A stretch of 63,230 nt of DNA, the filler included. It is 10 parts of 10 records of this genome, joined end to end, with 100 filler letters (N's around TTAATTAATTAA, not from the genome) between each part and the next. Parts side by side here need not be neighbours in the genome. Positions count along the whole stretch, not along the records: positions 8,542 to 17,714 come from SRR31147125_5536; positions 17,815 to 24,149 come from SRR31147125_5561; 8 more parts are not named here. The stretch is one strand, 5' to 3'. Made by a program: the position numbers and the translations under genes. Positions 9,464 through 20,258 of this stretch are shown here, piece by piece. How positions within the stretch are numbered: position 1 is the first letter of the stretch; every line of letters begins with the position of its first letter. The notes under the pieces are model-generated. The model saw only the letters and a program-made list of their open reading frames with translations. It did no database searches and was not told where the DNA came from.

Positions 9464-9838
9464 TCAGTGACAGCCGCAATCGCACGAACCGGAACAACTC
9501 CGGGTCTTCTGAATCTCGGCCATCGCAGAAACAATTTCCGTGGACGCGGGCTCGCTCATCTCCTCAAGGGTGAACTCAAGGCGTGCCAGCTGTTTCAACT
9601 CGACCAGCTTCGTTTGCTTGATAAACAGCGGAAACAGACGGTCCATGAATGAAGCCGGATCGAATTCTTCGAGAACCAGTGTAAACGTGTCCCCCGGTTC
9701 GAGGGAGCTGATCGCTATTTCAAACTCGCTCAGCCCTTCAGGTACGACACCGTAAATAAATGAAAAACGGTGCGAGGAATCCGCCTCCGATCGAACCGAA
9801 AATTCCAGTTTCTTGAGAACCTTTGCCTGCTCTTCCAT
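9464..9838 (-). CDS. Degenerate SlyD/FKBP-like protein with Cys-rich tail
   Basis: FSFIYG..GLSEFE...LEPGD resembles the SlyD N-terminus; ends SCSGSCDCGCH; start MEEQ has AGGG RBS. Confidence 0.55.
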   Translation of the reverse strand: MEEQAKVLKKLEFSVRSEADSSHRFSFIYGVVPEGLSEFEIAISSLEPGDTFTLVLEEFDPASFMDRLFPLFIKQTKLVELKQLARLEFTLEEMSEPASTEIVSAMAEIQKTRSCSGSCDCGCH

Positions 9839-9864
9839 AATTCTTTCCCTCTGAGGATGCATCT

Positions 9865-10635
9865 TCAGATGGAGGAGCGACTGCCAGAACGCTCGGCCAG
9901 TGTCTGAAGAAGTGAAAGCTGTGCGTGAATTGCCGTGACTGCGGTTTCCACCTTCAATATTCGTGTTCCGATATTGAAATCCCTGAAGCCCAGTGTGTTG
10001 AACAGGTCTGTCTCGAAATCGTTCCACCCGCCTTCGGGGCCAATGGCTACCAGGATCGAGTCTCCGGCCTGAATATCGACATCACCAAGGGACATCGCAC
10101 TTCCGGGATGGGCTACCAGCATCTGAGCATAGCATGTGCGAATCTCGGGAACCACGCTAGTCATGAACGGTTTGAACCCACGGTGGAATTCGAAGTCCAC
10201 GAAGCGTGTATCAACTGCCTGTTCAAGCCCGGTAATTACGAAATCCCGCCAGCCTTTCTCGGATACGACAGATGATTCCCAATAACTTTTCTCTACTTTT
10301 GCCGCATTGACGATGTAGACCCGCCCGACCCCAAGCGATGTCAACTGATGGATAATTCGTTTGAATACGATTGGACGGGGAAGCGCCAGCAACACATCAA
10401 TATTCGATACCGGCGGAGGATCAGTTTCGATTCTCAGAAAAAGTTTGACTTGAAAAGGTCTTTTCCTGTCTATTTCCTCTATCACCGCACTACCGGTTTT
10501 CCCGTTCTCAATTCCGACGGTTACCGTGTCGCCCACGTTGGAGCGGAGAATTTTCACGATGTGTTCAGCTCGGTAATCACTGATATTCGTATGATTTTCA
10601 GTGATTTCTTCCGGCTTGAGTAAAATGATGTTCAT
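9865..10635 (-). CDS. rsmE: 16S rRNA m3U1498 methyltransferase
   Basis: HIVKILR, EQAVDT, IGPEGGW, GTRILKVETA. Confidence 0.9.
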   Translation of the reverse strand: MNIILLKPEEITENHTNISDYRAEHIVKILRSNVGDTVTVGIENGKTGSAVIEEIDRKRPFQVKLFLRIETDPPPVSNIDVLLALPRPIVFKRIIHQLTSLGVGRVYIVNAAKVEKSYWESSVVSEKGWRDFVITGLEQAVDTRFVDFEFHRGFKPFMTSVVPEIRTCYAQMLVAHPGSAMSLGDVDIQAGDSILVAIGPEGGWNDFETDLFNTLGFRDFNIGTRILKVETAVTAIHAQLSLLQTLAERSGSRSSI

Positions 10636-10715
10636 TTTCTGTAAGGGGTGCCCGGTACTATTGGCTGAATTATCGGAAACTGATTTTCAAGACGTCACGT
10701 TCGAGCACAATACCC

Positions 10716-11974
10716 ATGCGTTTATTCTATAACCTTATACAGCTTCTTCTCGCTCCGGTTTTTTTTATCGTTCTGCCCGTCTATTTACTCGCACGACCGG
10801 AGAAATGTAAAACAATTTTTCCAAAGCTCGGTCTCGGTGTTGAGCCCGTTACCAGACAGGAGGGTCCGGTTGTCTGGATACATGCGCTATCGGTAGGTGA
10901 AGTGACGTCGGCACTCCCTCTTGTCCGCCGTTTGAAGGAAACATGTGACCCCACCCCTGCCATTGTTTTTACAGCCTCAACCGTGAGGGGCTCGAGGTTG
11001 CCCGCAGATTGCTTCCCCGATACTGTGATCAACTGACCTACGCCCCGATTGATATTCTTCCCGCAGTGCGTCACTTCATCAAACGAATAGACCCGAATCT
11101 CTTTATTCTGGTAGAGACCGACTTCTGGCCCAACCTACTCCACTCGCTCAAGGCAGCTGATATTCCAGCCCTTCTGGTTAACGGCAGAGTATCCAATTCA
11201 TCGATGAGGAAATACCGCAGGTTCGCCTTCTTTTTCCGACCGCTTTTCGATCGATTCGATGCTCTCTGCATGCAGAGCGAAGCGGATGTCGTCAAGATCA
11301 CGCAGCTCGGTATCGATGAGGCAAAAATTCACTTGCTTGGAAACCTGAAATTTGGACACCTGTATACCCCTGTACCGGAATCATCCGGACCGGCCCCCTT
11401 CCCCGAGGACCAGCTGGTGATTCTCGCCGGTTCCACTCACGATGGGGAAGAGAGGATGATCTTCGAGCAACTCAACGCCATCAGCGCCGATTTCAAAGAA
11501 ACTCACCTGGTCATAGCCCCTAGAAATATCGATCGTGCTCAGGAAATCTCCACAATGGCGGAACAGTATGGGTTGCGTACCAGCCGGTTTTCCCGAGCCG
11601 GGAATGTTCCTCGAGATGTAACCATCATTGACACGATCGGTGATCTCTCCGGACTCTACGCTTTCAGCGATATCTGTTTTATCGGAGGCAGCCTCGTCGA
11701 CCAGGGGGGCCACAATCCCATAGAAGCTGCGAGCGCCGGCAGACCCGTGCTGTTCGGACCCTCCATGGATGACTTCACAGATGTCAGCCGGGGGCTTATT
11801 AATGCCGGTGGTGCAATACAGGTTCTCGATGCAAAGGAGCTGGGCCGGACACTCAAAGCCCTTCTTGACTCCCCGGATGAGCGCTCCGCATGCGGTCGAA
11901 AAGGGTTTGAATTCGTACTGCAGAATCAGCACGTACTGGACGATCACCTGACTGTCATCAGTCCGTTTCTGTGA
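10716..11974 (+). CDS. waaA: Kdo transferase, frameshift near 10981
   Basis: VWIHALSVGE, ETDFWPN, AGSTHDGEE, GGHNPIE; one extra C joins the two ORFs (STREGLEVARRLLPR). Confidence 0.9.
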
Positions 11975-14556
11975 TCCCCCATCAGCACAACTGGTCTGCC
12001 CACCTTCTGATCACAGTGGTTTTGAGTTATTGCCTCGGGATCGGGGTGTCCCGCGTTATTGATTTTTCATCCAGCGCCGCGACTTCTGCCACATGGCTGC
12101 TTCTCGCTACAACATTGTCCGTAAATTCTATCCGTTACCGGCGCACAGCTGTTTTTCTGCTGGCCCTTGTGTTCTGTATGTTCGGTCTGATGTATGGGGA
12201 ACGAGCAGCACATCCCAGGCTGAAGCCAACCCACCTCGTTCATAGGGTGGATAACGGACTCGATGCAGTCATTGTCGGCAGACTTGCTGAGAGCGTTACC
12301 ACGCAGGACAATACCAGTAAAGCACATATCGATGTTTCCCATATTCTGACAGAACCCGACACACCGTTCAGCGCCACCGAAGGCAGAGTCCTCCTCAGGG
12401 TTAAGGGGAAATGGCCCGACGATATCAGACCCGGCGACCAGGTGATGGTGCGGACGTCACTTCAGCCACCTCCGATCGCCAACACGCCGGGAACGTTTAA
12501 CTATCGCGAATATCTTGCTCATGATGATGTTTTTGTTACCGGAACGGTCGACCATCCGGTTCTCATCTCTGCGTTCAGCCGATCGGAGCCACCGTTTCCC
12601 GAACGTCTCTTCTTCAACATAGAACGCATTCGCACTAATATCGGGAACGTAATCGATTCAACCCTCGCCTCCCCCGCCTCATCCATTTACAAAGCTCTTC
12701 TTATAGGCGATCGAACCGGAATCCCACCCGATACAATGGATGTGTTCAAAAAAACAGGAACGATGCACCTACTCGCGGTCTCCGGGATGCACACCGGTTT
12801 CATCGCAGCCGTACTGTATCTGGCAATCAATTGGACACTCAGACGTTCGACACTTCTGGTACTGAACGCAGACATCAGGAAATTATCACTGCTGGCGACC
12901 GTGCCGCCCATACTCTTTTACGCACTTCTGACCGGGGCTCAAGCCCCGGTTGTACGGTCTCTCATCATGCTCGGTGTGTTCGTAGCAGCCTTCAGCATAA
13001 ACCGACTGCACCGCCCGTTGTGCGCCCTGACAGCAGCAGCGTTCGCCATTCTTCTATACGATCCGACAGCATTTTTTTCTGTTTCCTTCCAGCTCTCATT
13101 TGTCGCCGTCGCTGCAATAGTGGTTGGTCTCCCTCGTCTCTTGTCTGCGTTCAAGGTGTCGCCCCAGACTCTCCGAACTGGAAATCCCATCTTCCGTATA
13201 CTCTGTATTTTTTTCACTATCGGTGCGGTGACCATCGTTGCAACGATCGGTACGGTTCCGCTGATGCTCCACCATTTCAATTTCTTATCCCCGTTCGCAC
13301 TTCCTGCAAATCTCCTCATACAGCCACTGATCTGTTTCTGGAGTCTTCCGCTTGGCATCGTATCCATATTCGTGTGCTGGTTTTCTCCGGATCTGGCCGC
13401 AGTCACCTTCCAGGCCGGAGCACTCGGTATCAAGACGACTCTCTGGATCGGGACCTTTTTTGCAAACAGTTCCTCCAGCCAGATATGGCTTCCCGGCCCA
13501 TCGATTGCCATCTGCATTGTATACTATTCAGGCCTGATACTGCTGATAGTAGATCTCCCGCTCAAGATCAGGCTATCCTGTTCTGCCCCCCTCCTTCTGT
13601 TTTCCATTTTATCCATGTTTAATCTCTCGGCCATAAGACCGGGAACAATGCAGGAAGGATGGTCTGTCTCAGTCCTCGATATCGGACACGGAAGTGCCAA
13701 TGTCATCGAGATGAACAACGGCCACATCGTTCTTGTGGATGGGGGTGCCAAGACTTCTCCCGGTTACAACTGCGGCGAACGTACGATCGCTCCCTTTCTG
13801 TGGCATCGAAATGTTTTCCGAGTCAACGATATTGTCATCACCCACGACGATGCTGACCATTACAACGGAATACCGGCGATTATCGAGCGCTTTCGCCCTC
13901 AGCGGCTTTTCCTTCCCTACGTGGAATCACCCAAATCCGGGTTGCGCATGGTTATGGATTATGCCGACAGGTACGGGGTCGATATCGTCACCCTCGAACA
14001 CGACACCGAAATCTCGCAGAACGGAGAAACGCTGCACATACTTGTCGCTACCGGGAAAAGCGTCGATGGCCACAGCGGATCTAAGACACAATCCGAAGAC
14101 GACAGCGGGCTGATAGCGAGATTTGAGGCAGGTAATTTTTCAATGCTTTTTCCTGGCGATATTTCAAAAAGCAAAGAACATGATCTTGTTGAGAGCGGCA
14201 GACTCATCGAATCAACCGTGCTTCTTTCAGCGCATCACGGTTCTTCCACATCAAACTCGTACCGTTTTTTTGAAGCGGTCAGCCCGGAGTACCTGATATT
14301 TTCAACAGGAGGGCGCAACAACCCACTTTTTCCCTCGCAACAGGCCCTGAAAAATGCCGGTTTATTGGGTATCAAGACAGGTTCGACCGCTCTTGACGGA
14401 AGCGTACTGCTTTCTTACGATCATTCGACCGGGTACCGGATCAACACATTCAGCAGGTCGACTCTGCGATACTACCGGAATGCCGGGAGTATGCCGGACG
14501 CCTTACACTTCGGTAAAGTCAGACGGCGGCTTTCTGAGGTATTTGAGGAATTTTGA
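11971..14556 (+). CDS. comEC: Competence protein ComEC/Rec2
   Basis: HLLAVSGMH competence domain; THDDADH metallo-beta-lactamase motif; HHGS. Confidence 0.93.
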   Translation: MIPHQHNWSAHLLITVVLSYCLGIGVSRVIDFSSSAATSATWLLLATTLSVNSIRYRRTAVFLLALVFCMFGLMYGERAAHPRLKPTHLVHRVDNGLDAVIVGRLAESVTTQDNTSKAHIDVSHILTEPDTPFSATEGRVLLRVKGKWPDDIRPGDQVMVRTSLQPPPIANTPGTFNYREYLAHDDVFVTGTVDHPVLISAFSRSEPPFPERLFFNIERIRTNIGNVIDSTLASPASSIYKALLIGDRTGIPPDTMDVFKKTGTMHLLAVSGMHTGFIAAVLYLAINWTLRRSTLLVLNADIRKLSLLATVPPILFYALLTGAQAPVVRSLIMLGVFVAAFSINRLHRPLCALTAAAFAILLYDPTAFFSVSFQLSFVAVAAIVVGLPRLLSAFKVSPQTLRTGNPIFRILCIFFTIGAVTIVATIGTVPLMLHHFNFLSPFALPANLLIQPLICFWSLPLGIVSIFVCWFSPDLAAVTFQAGALGIKTTLWIGTFFANSSSSQIWLPGPSIAICIVYYSGLILLIVDLPLKIRLSCSAPLLLFSILSMFNLSAIRPGTMQEGWSVSVLDIGHGSANVIEMNNGHIVLVDGGAKTSPGYNCGERTIAPFLWHRNVFRVNDIVITHDDADHYNGIPAIIERFRPQRLFLPYVESPKSGLRMVMDYADRYGVDIVTLEHDTEISQNGETLHILVATGKSVDGHSGSKTQSEDDSGLIARFEAGNFSMLFPGDISKSKEHDLVESGRLIESTVLLSAHHGSSTSNSYRFFEAVSPEYLIFSTGGRNNPLFPSQQALKNAGLLGIKTGSTALDGSVLLSYDHSTGYRINTFSRSTLRYYRNAGSMPDALHFGKVRRRLSEVFEEF

Positions 14557-15585
14557 TTTTTCAATCGCATTTGTATATGCATCGTCAGGGCTGATCATCC
14601 GCTTTTCAAGCAGATCCATGATCCCGTCGTCCATGGTCTGCATGCCGTATTTCTTGCCTGTCTGCATGACCGAAATGATCTGGTAGGTTTTCGCTTCACG
14701 GATCATATTCCGGACAGCGGGAGTGGCGACCAGGATTTCGAGCGCGGCAACTCGCCCTTTCACATCCACACGTTTGAACAGTGTTTGAGACACGATTGCC
14801 CGCAATGCATCGGCCAGCGTTGATCTGACCTGAGTTTGCTGGTGGGCGGGAAACATTTCAATGGCGCGGTCGACCGTTTTCATCGCGTTGAGCGTATGCA
14901 GCGTACCAAAAACGAGGTGACCGGTCATCGCCGCTTCCATGGCCAGCGACATCGTCTCCAGGTCACGCATCTCACCGACCATGATGATATCGGGATCTTC
15001 ACGAAGCGCCCCTCTGAGCGCCTGGCTGAACCCTTTGGTATGGGTACCAACCTCGCGATGATTGATGACACATTTATTTGACTGATGGACAAATTCAATC
15101 GGGTCTTCAATGGTGAGGATATGATCTTTTCTCGTACGATTCGCTTCGTCAACTATTGCAGCCAACGTTGTCGACTTACCGTGACCGGTCGGCCCCGTAA
15201 CAAGCACAAGTCCCTTAGGCAAGTGGGCGAGTCTCGAAATGACCTTGGGGAGGCCAAGTTGCTCGACACTGAGGATATCTGACGGAATCTCCCTGAAAAC
15301 GGCTCCCATCCCGTTTTTCTGGTTGAAGAAGTTACAGCGATACCGGGCAAGTCCGGGGATTTCATAGCCAAAATCAATGTCTCCTGTCTCTTCAAAGACC
15401 TTGATCTTGGATTCAGGGCAGATCTCGTATAGCATGGCCTTAAGCTCATCGTTTTTCATAACCTTGAACTTAACGCGCTCCATGTCCCCTCTAATCCTCA
15501 GCACGGGCTGCTGCCCTGCGACCATGTGTAAATCGGATGCACCTTCATCGTTCATCAACTTGAAAAACGCATCGATTTGTGCCAT
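14503..15585 (-). CDS. pilT: Type IV pilus retraction ATPase
   Basis: ASDLH, GPTGHGKST, LREDPD, GEMRD, TGHLVFGTLHT, AVRNMIRE. Confidence 0.95.
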   Translation of the reverse strand: MAQIDAFFKLMNDEGASDLHMVAGQQPVLRIRGDMERVKFKVMKNDELKAMLYEICPESKIKVFEETGDIDFGYEIPGLARYRCNFFNQKNGMGAVFREIPSDILSVEQLGLPKVISRLAHLPKGLVLVTGPTGHGKSTTLAAIVDEANRTRKDHILTIEDPIEFVHQSNKCVINHREVGTHTKGFSQALRGALREDPDIIMVGEMRDLETMSLAMEAAMTGHLVFGTLHTLNAMKTVDRAIEMFPAHQQTQVRSTLADALRAIVSQTLFKRVDVKGRVAALEILVATPAVRNMIREAKTYQIISVMQTGKKYGMQTMDDGIMDLLEKRMISPDDAYTNAIEKSKFLKYLRKPPSDFTEV

Positions 15586-15684
15586 GAGCTCACCTCTATG
15601 TTCCTAATTTATCCTGAAACCGGATCAGACAAGTCGTCCACCATCCACTCAAGCAGTATAACTATCTCGCTGAAATAATACAAA

Positions 15685-16350
15685 TTATACTATTACCGTT
15701 TTTTTGACGTACTCAACCACCTCAGAGGGATCATCTAATATTTCAAATAGTTGCAAATCATTTTCACTGATTGTGCCGTTGCCGACAAGACTCTCTTTCA
15801 TCCATTCAACGAGTCCGCCCCAGAAACTTTTCCCCACCAAAATGATCGGAAACGGCTTGATTCTCTCGGTTTGAATAAGGGTAAGAGACTCGAATAACTC
15901 ATCCATCGACCCGAAACCACCGGGCATGCAGATAAAGGCCATAGAATACTTCATGAACATGACCTTGCGGACGAAAAAATATTTGAAATGAAGAGGGAAA
16001 TTAGCATACGGATTCGGCTCCTGCTCGTGCGGCAAGCTGATATTGAGACCGACAGAGATCCCGCCCCCTTCACTCGCCCCTTTATTCGCCGCCTCCATGA
16101 TCCCCGGTCCGCCTCCGGTAACCACTGCATAACCACTCCTGGCGAGTTCTCTGGCGATATCGACCGTCATTGTATACCAGGGGTGATCCTTGGGCGTCCG
16201 GGCCGACCCATAAATGGTGACCGCCGGTGCTTCAACGGTTGACAAGGCATCAAACCCGTCAACAAACTCTCCCATGATCCGAAACATCCGCCAAGAATCC
16301 CCAACTACGGTATTATCCAATTCATACTTTGGTTCAATCATTTTATGCAT
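15685..16350 (-). CDS. LOG family (TIGR00730) protein
   Basis: TGGGPGIMEAANKG, FFVRK, PGGFGSMDE. Confidence 0.9.
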   Translation of the reverse strand: MHKMIEPKYELDNTVVGDSWRMFRIMGEFVDGFDALSTVEAPAVTIYGSARTPKDHPWYTMTVDIARELARSGYAVVTGGGPGIMEAANKGASEGGGISVGLNISLPHEQEPNPYANFPLHFKYFFVRKVMFMKYSMAFICMPGGFGSMDELFESLTLIQTERIKPFPIILVGKSFWGGLVEWMKESLVGNGTISENDLQLFEILDDPSEVVEYVKKTVIV

Positions 16351-16354
16351 CCCG

Positions 16355-17714
16355 TTATGGTTTATCTTTGTCCTGCTTCCCGTGTTCTTCTGAGAGCAGT
16401 CGTGCCTGCATTATCTGTTCTTTGGAACTGTTTTTCCCATTGAGAACCTTGCCCGCGAAAAAATCGCCTTTTTTCACCTCACCAACCCGATACGCGTGGT
16501 CGGCTGCTTCCAGCCATGCCTCGCACCGTACCAAGGCTGATCTGCAACACTGGGAAATGATTTCAAACGCCAGGTTGTGGTGGCCGCACAAAGATAATAC
16601 GCGGCCGTAGCGCAATTTCAAGCGTGGATTGTCAGGTTCGATCTCTATGCTTTTTTCTGAGAATTTACGCGCAATATCATCCCCCTCCCCGGTAATCATA
16701 TAGATCTCCGCCAGCAGGCTCAGCGCTTCCGCATCCGATTCATTCACGGTAAGCGCACGCTGCAGCCAGGTCGAACTGTTTCCGTAATCCTGCAGATGAT
16801 AGTAACTGATGCCGAGATAACGCGCACAACGCATCCGAATGCGCTCATCCCCTCGGGCCCGATACCACTTCTTCAAGAGAATCACCGCTTCCCGATAGTT
16901 CTGCTGCCTGAACTGACACATGCCCAGTTGGTAGATGATGTCTTCACGAACAGCAGCCTCATCTGCGTCCCGTGCATCGGCGTGCTCCAGCGCGTTGATA
17001 AAACTGTAGATAGCATCCGCGTCGTTGCCGGTCGACAGCTCACTGAGTCCCTTGTTGTACCATGCCATGAAATTTTCCGGATGATGGGCAAGCACCTGCT
17101 CAAATGTCGCCAGAGCCAGAGGTGTTCTCCCCATGAGACCGTACGCCACGCCAAGGCTGTTGAGCAGGTTCACGTCGCCTGGAGACAATTCCAGACCCCG
17201 CTGGTATTCCCTGACGGCCATGGCCATGTCCCCCTCGCCAAAACAGGCATCACCGCTGACGTTCAGGCTGAGCGAATCAAAAACGACAACACTCCCCGGC
17301 CCATAGAACGACGCGTGGTATAAAGCCTTCGCACTGTTGTGTACAACATCACCCTTTTTGTAGTCATGGAAGGGAAAGGAAGCGATTCCGGCAGAAAACA
17401 GTACCGTTTCCCCCTGCTCTCTGACGATTTTTTCCTTCAGCGAGTCGAGCCATTTTTTGGTCGCCTGCCCGGATATCCCATTCCGGATAATTATATAGGC
17501 ATCACCATCGACGAGATAATCATGACCATTGAGATGCCTGGCGAAAATCGGCTCGTATTGCTCCCCGGATTTCGCATCGGGTTTGACCACCACGAGCGAA
17601 AACGTATCGCTCTCTTTCATCCGATAACTCAATTTGCCCCGGGTGCTGTTGGTGACCTGCCTGATCGGGAATATAGCCGGGTTTACGAACAGTTCGAAAT
17701 CGCAGAAGGAATAG
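16355..17714 (-). CDS. TPR-repeat protein with degenerate GGDEF-like N-terminal region (5' partial)
   Basis: FSAGIASFP...ALYHA resembles a GGDEF C-terminus; multiple TPRs; frame open to the contig edge. Confidence 0.7.
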
Positions 17715-17814
17715 NNNNNNNNNNNNNNNNNNNNNNNNNNNNNNNNNNNNNNNNNNNNTTAATTAATTAANNNNNNNNNNNNNNNNNNNNNNNNNNNNNN
17801 NNNNNNNNNNNNNN

Positions 17815-19928
17815 AAACTTGGATCTGTTGTTTTTTCTGACCAGTCTGAGTATAAGTCTTTTAAGAAGTATTGGTAGTTAATTGGCAGCGCTGTGTATTG
17901 TGGGAAAGCAAATTTTAAGCTTATGTTGTGATAATTGTGTTTAACCCTAATTTTACCACTTTTAGTTGACAGTTTTTGAATATTGTTGCGATTGTTGTTA
18001 ACCTCCAATACCCTGAGTTGTGGGATAAATTGGTTAATTAAAACTGAAGAATCAGATATCGAAGCATCGAGATGTGCGATCCCATTTTGGAGGCATAAAA
18101 TAGCTTTGGTTTCAGAGAGAGGTAGGATATTTTCAAAATCATCAACCAACGGATTGTCATTAAAAATCATAGTGGGATACTCATTTATTAGCATGACAGA
18201 ATCCATCTCAATCTTAAAAAGACCAATAGATTCACTATTAATAAACCAGTAATGATGATTTGGTGCTTTTATAATCCTTTTGGAGCTTGCATATTTATTG
18301 AGTTGCTTGTTTAGGTTTGAATAGGGGATAATCGTATCGTTCAGATCATCATAAGTATACAGTTTCTTAGTAGTTGTAAATACAATTCGATCTTCTACTT
18401 CAAATACATGTATTGAATGATCTTTGCCAAAGGCATTCGTTCCATAATATTTCTCGTGTATAACATTTTCGCGATTGTCATCAAGACGAAGTTTAAAAAT
18501 TCCTCGATGCATATGACTAGCCCAAATATTTCCGCGGTGATCAATTTCAATATATCTGATAAGGTCTATGAAACCCTTTACGATGCTGTTTAGCTCATAT
18601 TTGGCTTCATTCTTTTTATAAGTAGCAAGGCTTGAGTAGGTAGATTGAATTAATAAGTTACTTTGTTCGTAATCTTTTCTTATTGAAAAACCTCCGGAGT
18701 GATTTGTAATAGATGTTGCATTCATTCCATTAACAATGAAAGTTCCCTCGTTGTGCCCTACAAAAAGATTATCATCAATTATTTGTAAATCCCAAACTTG
18801 TGCTTGTGTATTTGGAATAAGTTCGAATGTTGCATTTGAATTATTTGCAGGTTTTGCAAAAAGACCTTGGTTTGTGCCTAAATAAAAATAACCATTATGA
18901 ATAGCAGCCGAATAAGTAGCACCTATATCCGGAATGTTTTGAATAGAATAACTTTGCTTTTCTTCATTCGAAATAAATCCAATTCCTCGGTCAAAAGCCA
19001 ACCATATATTCCCCCATGGGTCGGTATTAATCCCCAGAATTGTATTATTGAGTAAGCCAGATGAGGAGTTTGTTTTAGAGATGAGATTCCCATTTTTATC
19101 AAAAATAATAATCCCATCGATAATCGATCCGATAATAAGATTTCCAGATTTGGTATAATGTCCACGGTTAATCTCATTATCAATAAAATACTGAGTCCAT
19201 TCCGGATTCCATGGGGTAATTGAATTTTTGTCAATAATGAAAATCCCATGAGATGAAGTACCAACCATGATTTTGTCACCTTCGAAAGGAAGCATAAAAC
19301 GTACTAGTTTATCCTGAAAGAAGATGCCAGTATAAAGAGGTTTCGCAGTGTTGTCTTCAACTTGATATATTCCTTTGTCTTTTACCGCAAGAAGTATGCG
19401 GTTATTGACCTTGCTAAGTAAACTTGTAAATCCGGGAAGTTCTATCGGGTATATGGAATCATTTTGGTACGCCAATAACAGAGCAAATGATTGAAAATAT
19501 ACAGTTCCATCTAAATGGACAATATTCCAGAATTCTTCGTTTTTTGAAAAGAATTGTTGAGCTTTGTTTGCAAGAGAGTAAAAACTAAGATTTCCATATT
19601 GGTCAGGTTTCCAGTACCCTAATTCCAGATACCCACTTGAGTATATCAACGAGTCAGAAACAACTTCAACATCGCGTAATGTTGTTTTATTGGGTAAACT
19701 GTGCAACTTCCAACTTACACCGTCAAACTGTAGAAGCCCTTGATGATTTGCAAAATATACAAAACCCTTATTTGTGGTACTTACACTCCAGTTTTGACTT
19801 GCCGCTCCATAATCAAGTTTGTCGTATTGCTTAATTGTAGTGAGCGATTGCACACCAAATAGTTGGAAGCTGATTAAGCTTAAGCAGCAAATAATTATTG
19901 ATCTGGCTATTGATGAAATATGTATCAT
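17815..19928 (-). CDS. Beta-propeller / Y_Y_Y sensor-regulator (3' partial)
   Basis: SQNW...YFANHQGLLQFDGVSW, propeller repeats, YQYFL..W start of Y_Y_Y; divergent from susC. Confidence 0.8.
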
Positions 19929-20258
19929 CGCTTCGAACCTGACTTTAAATGTGAAAAACTTGAGCTAAAGAAATGGTTTTTCTTTATAAATGAAACAAAA
20001 AATTAGGCTTTATTCATATTTTTTTACTCTATATGTTGTATGTCATATAATTAATTATTTTGTAAATATGATAAAAGTGTGTTTTTTATCCTTTTGCAAA
20101 TCAGTATCTTAAAGGAGTTTTTGTTCAAGGTGATGAGGTAATTGAGAGGTGAGATTTCATATTCATCAGGCTTAGAGAATTAGAAGTGTGTTGAGTTCCT
20201 GTAGAAATGTGTTTTGCTACTCTAATTTTGATTTCAAACTGATTCAAAACAATAGACT

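Noticed and set aside
14503-14556. Convergent comEC/pilT overlap as a competence system
   Set aside because: Short 3' overlaps are common, and the comEC tail is non-conserved and could reflect an indel; both genes are ordinary
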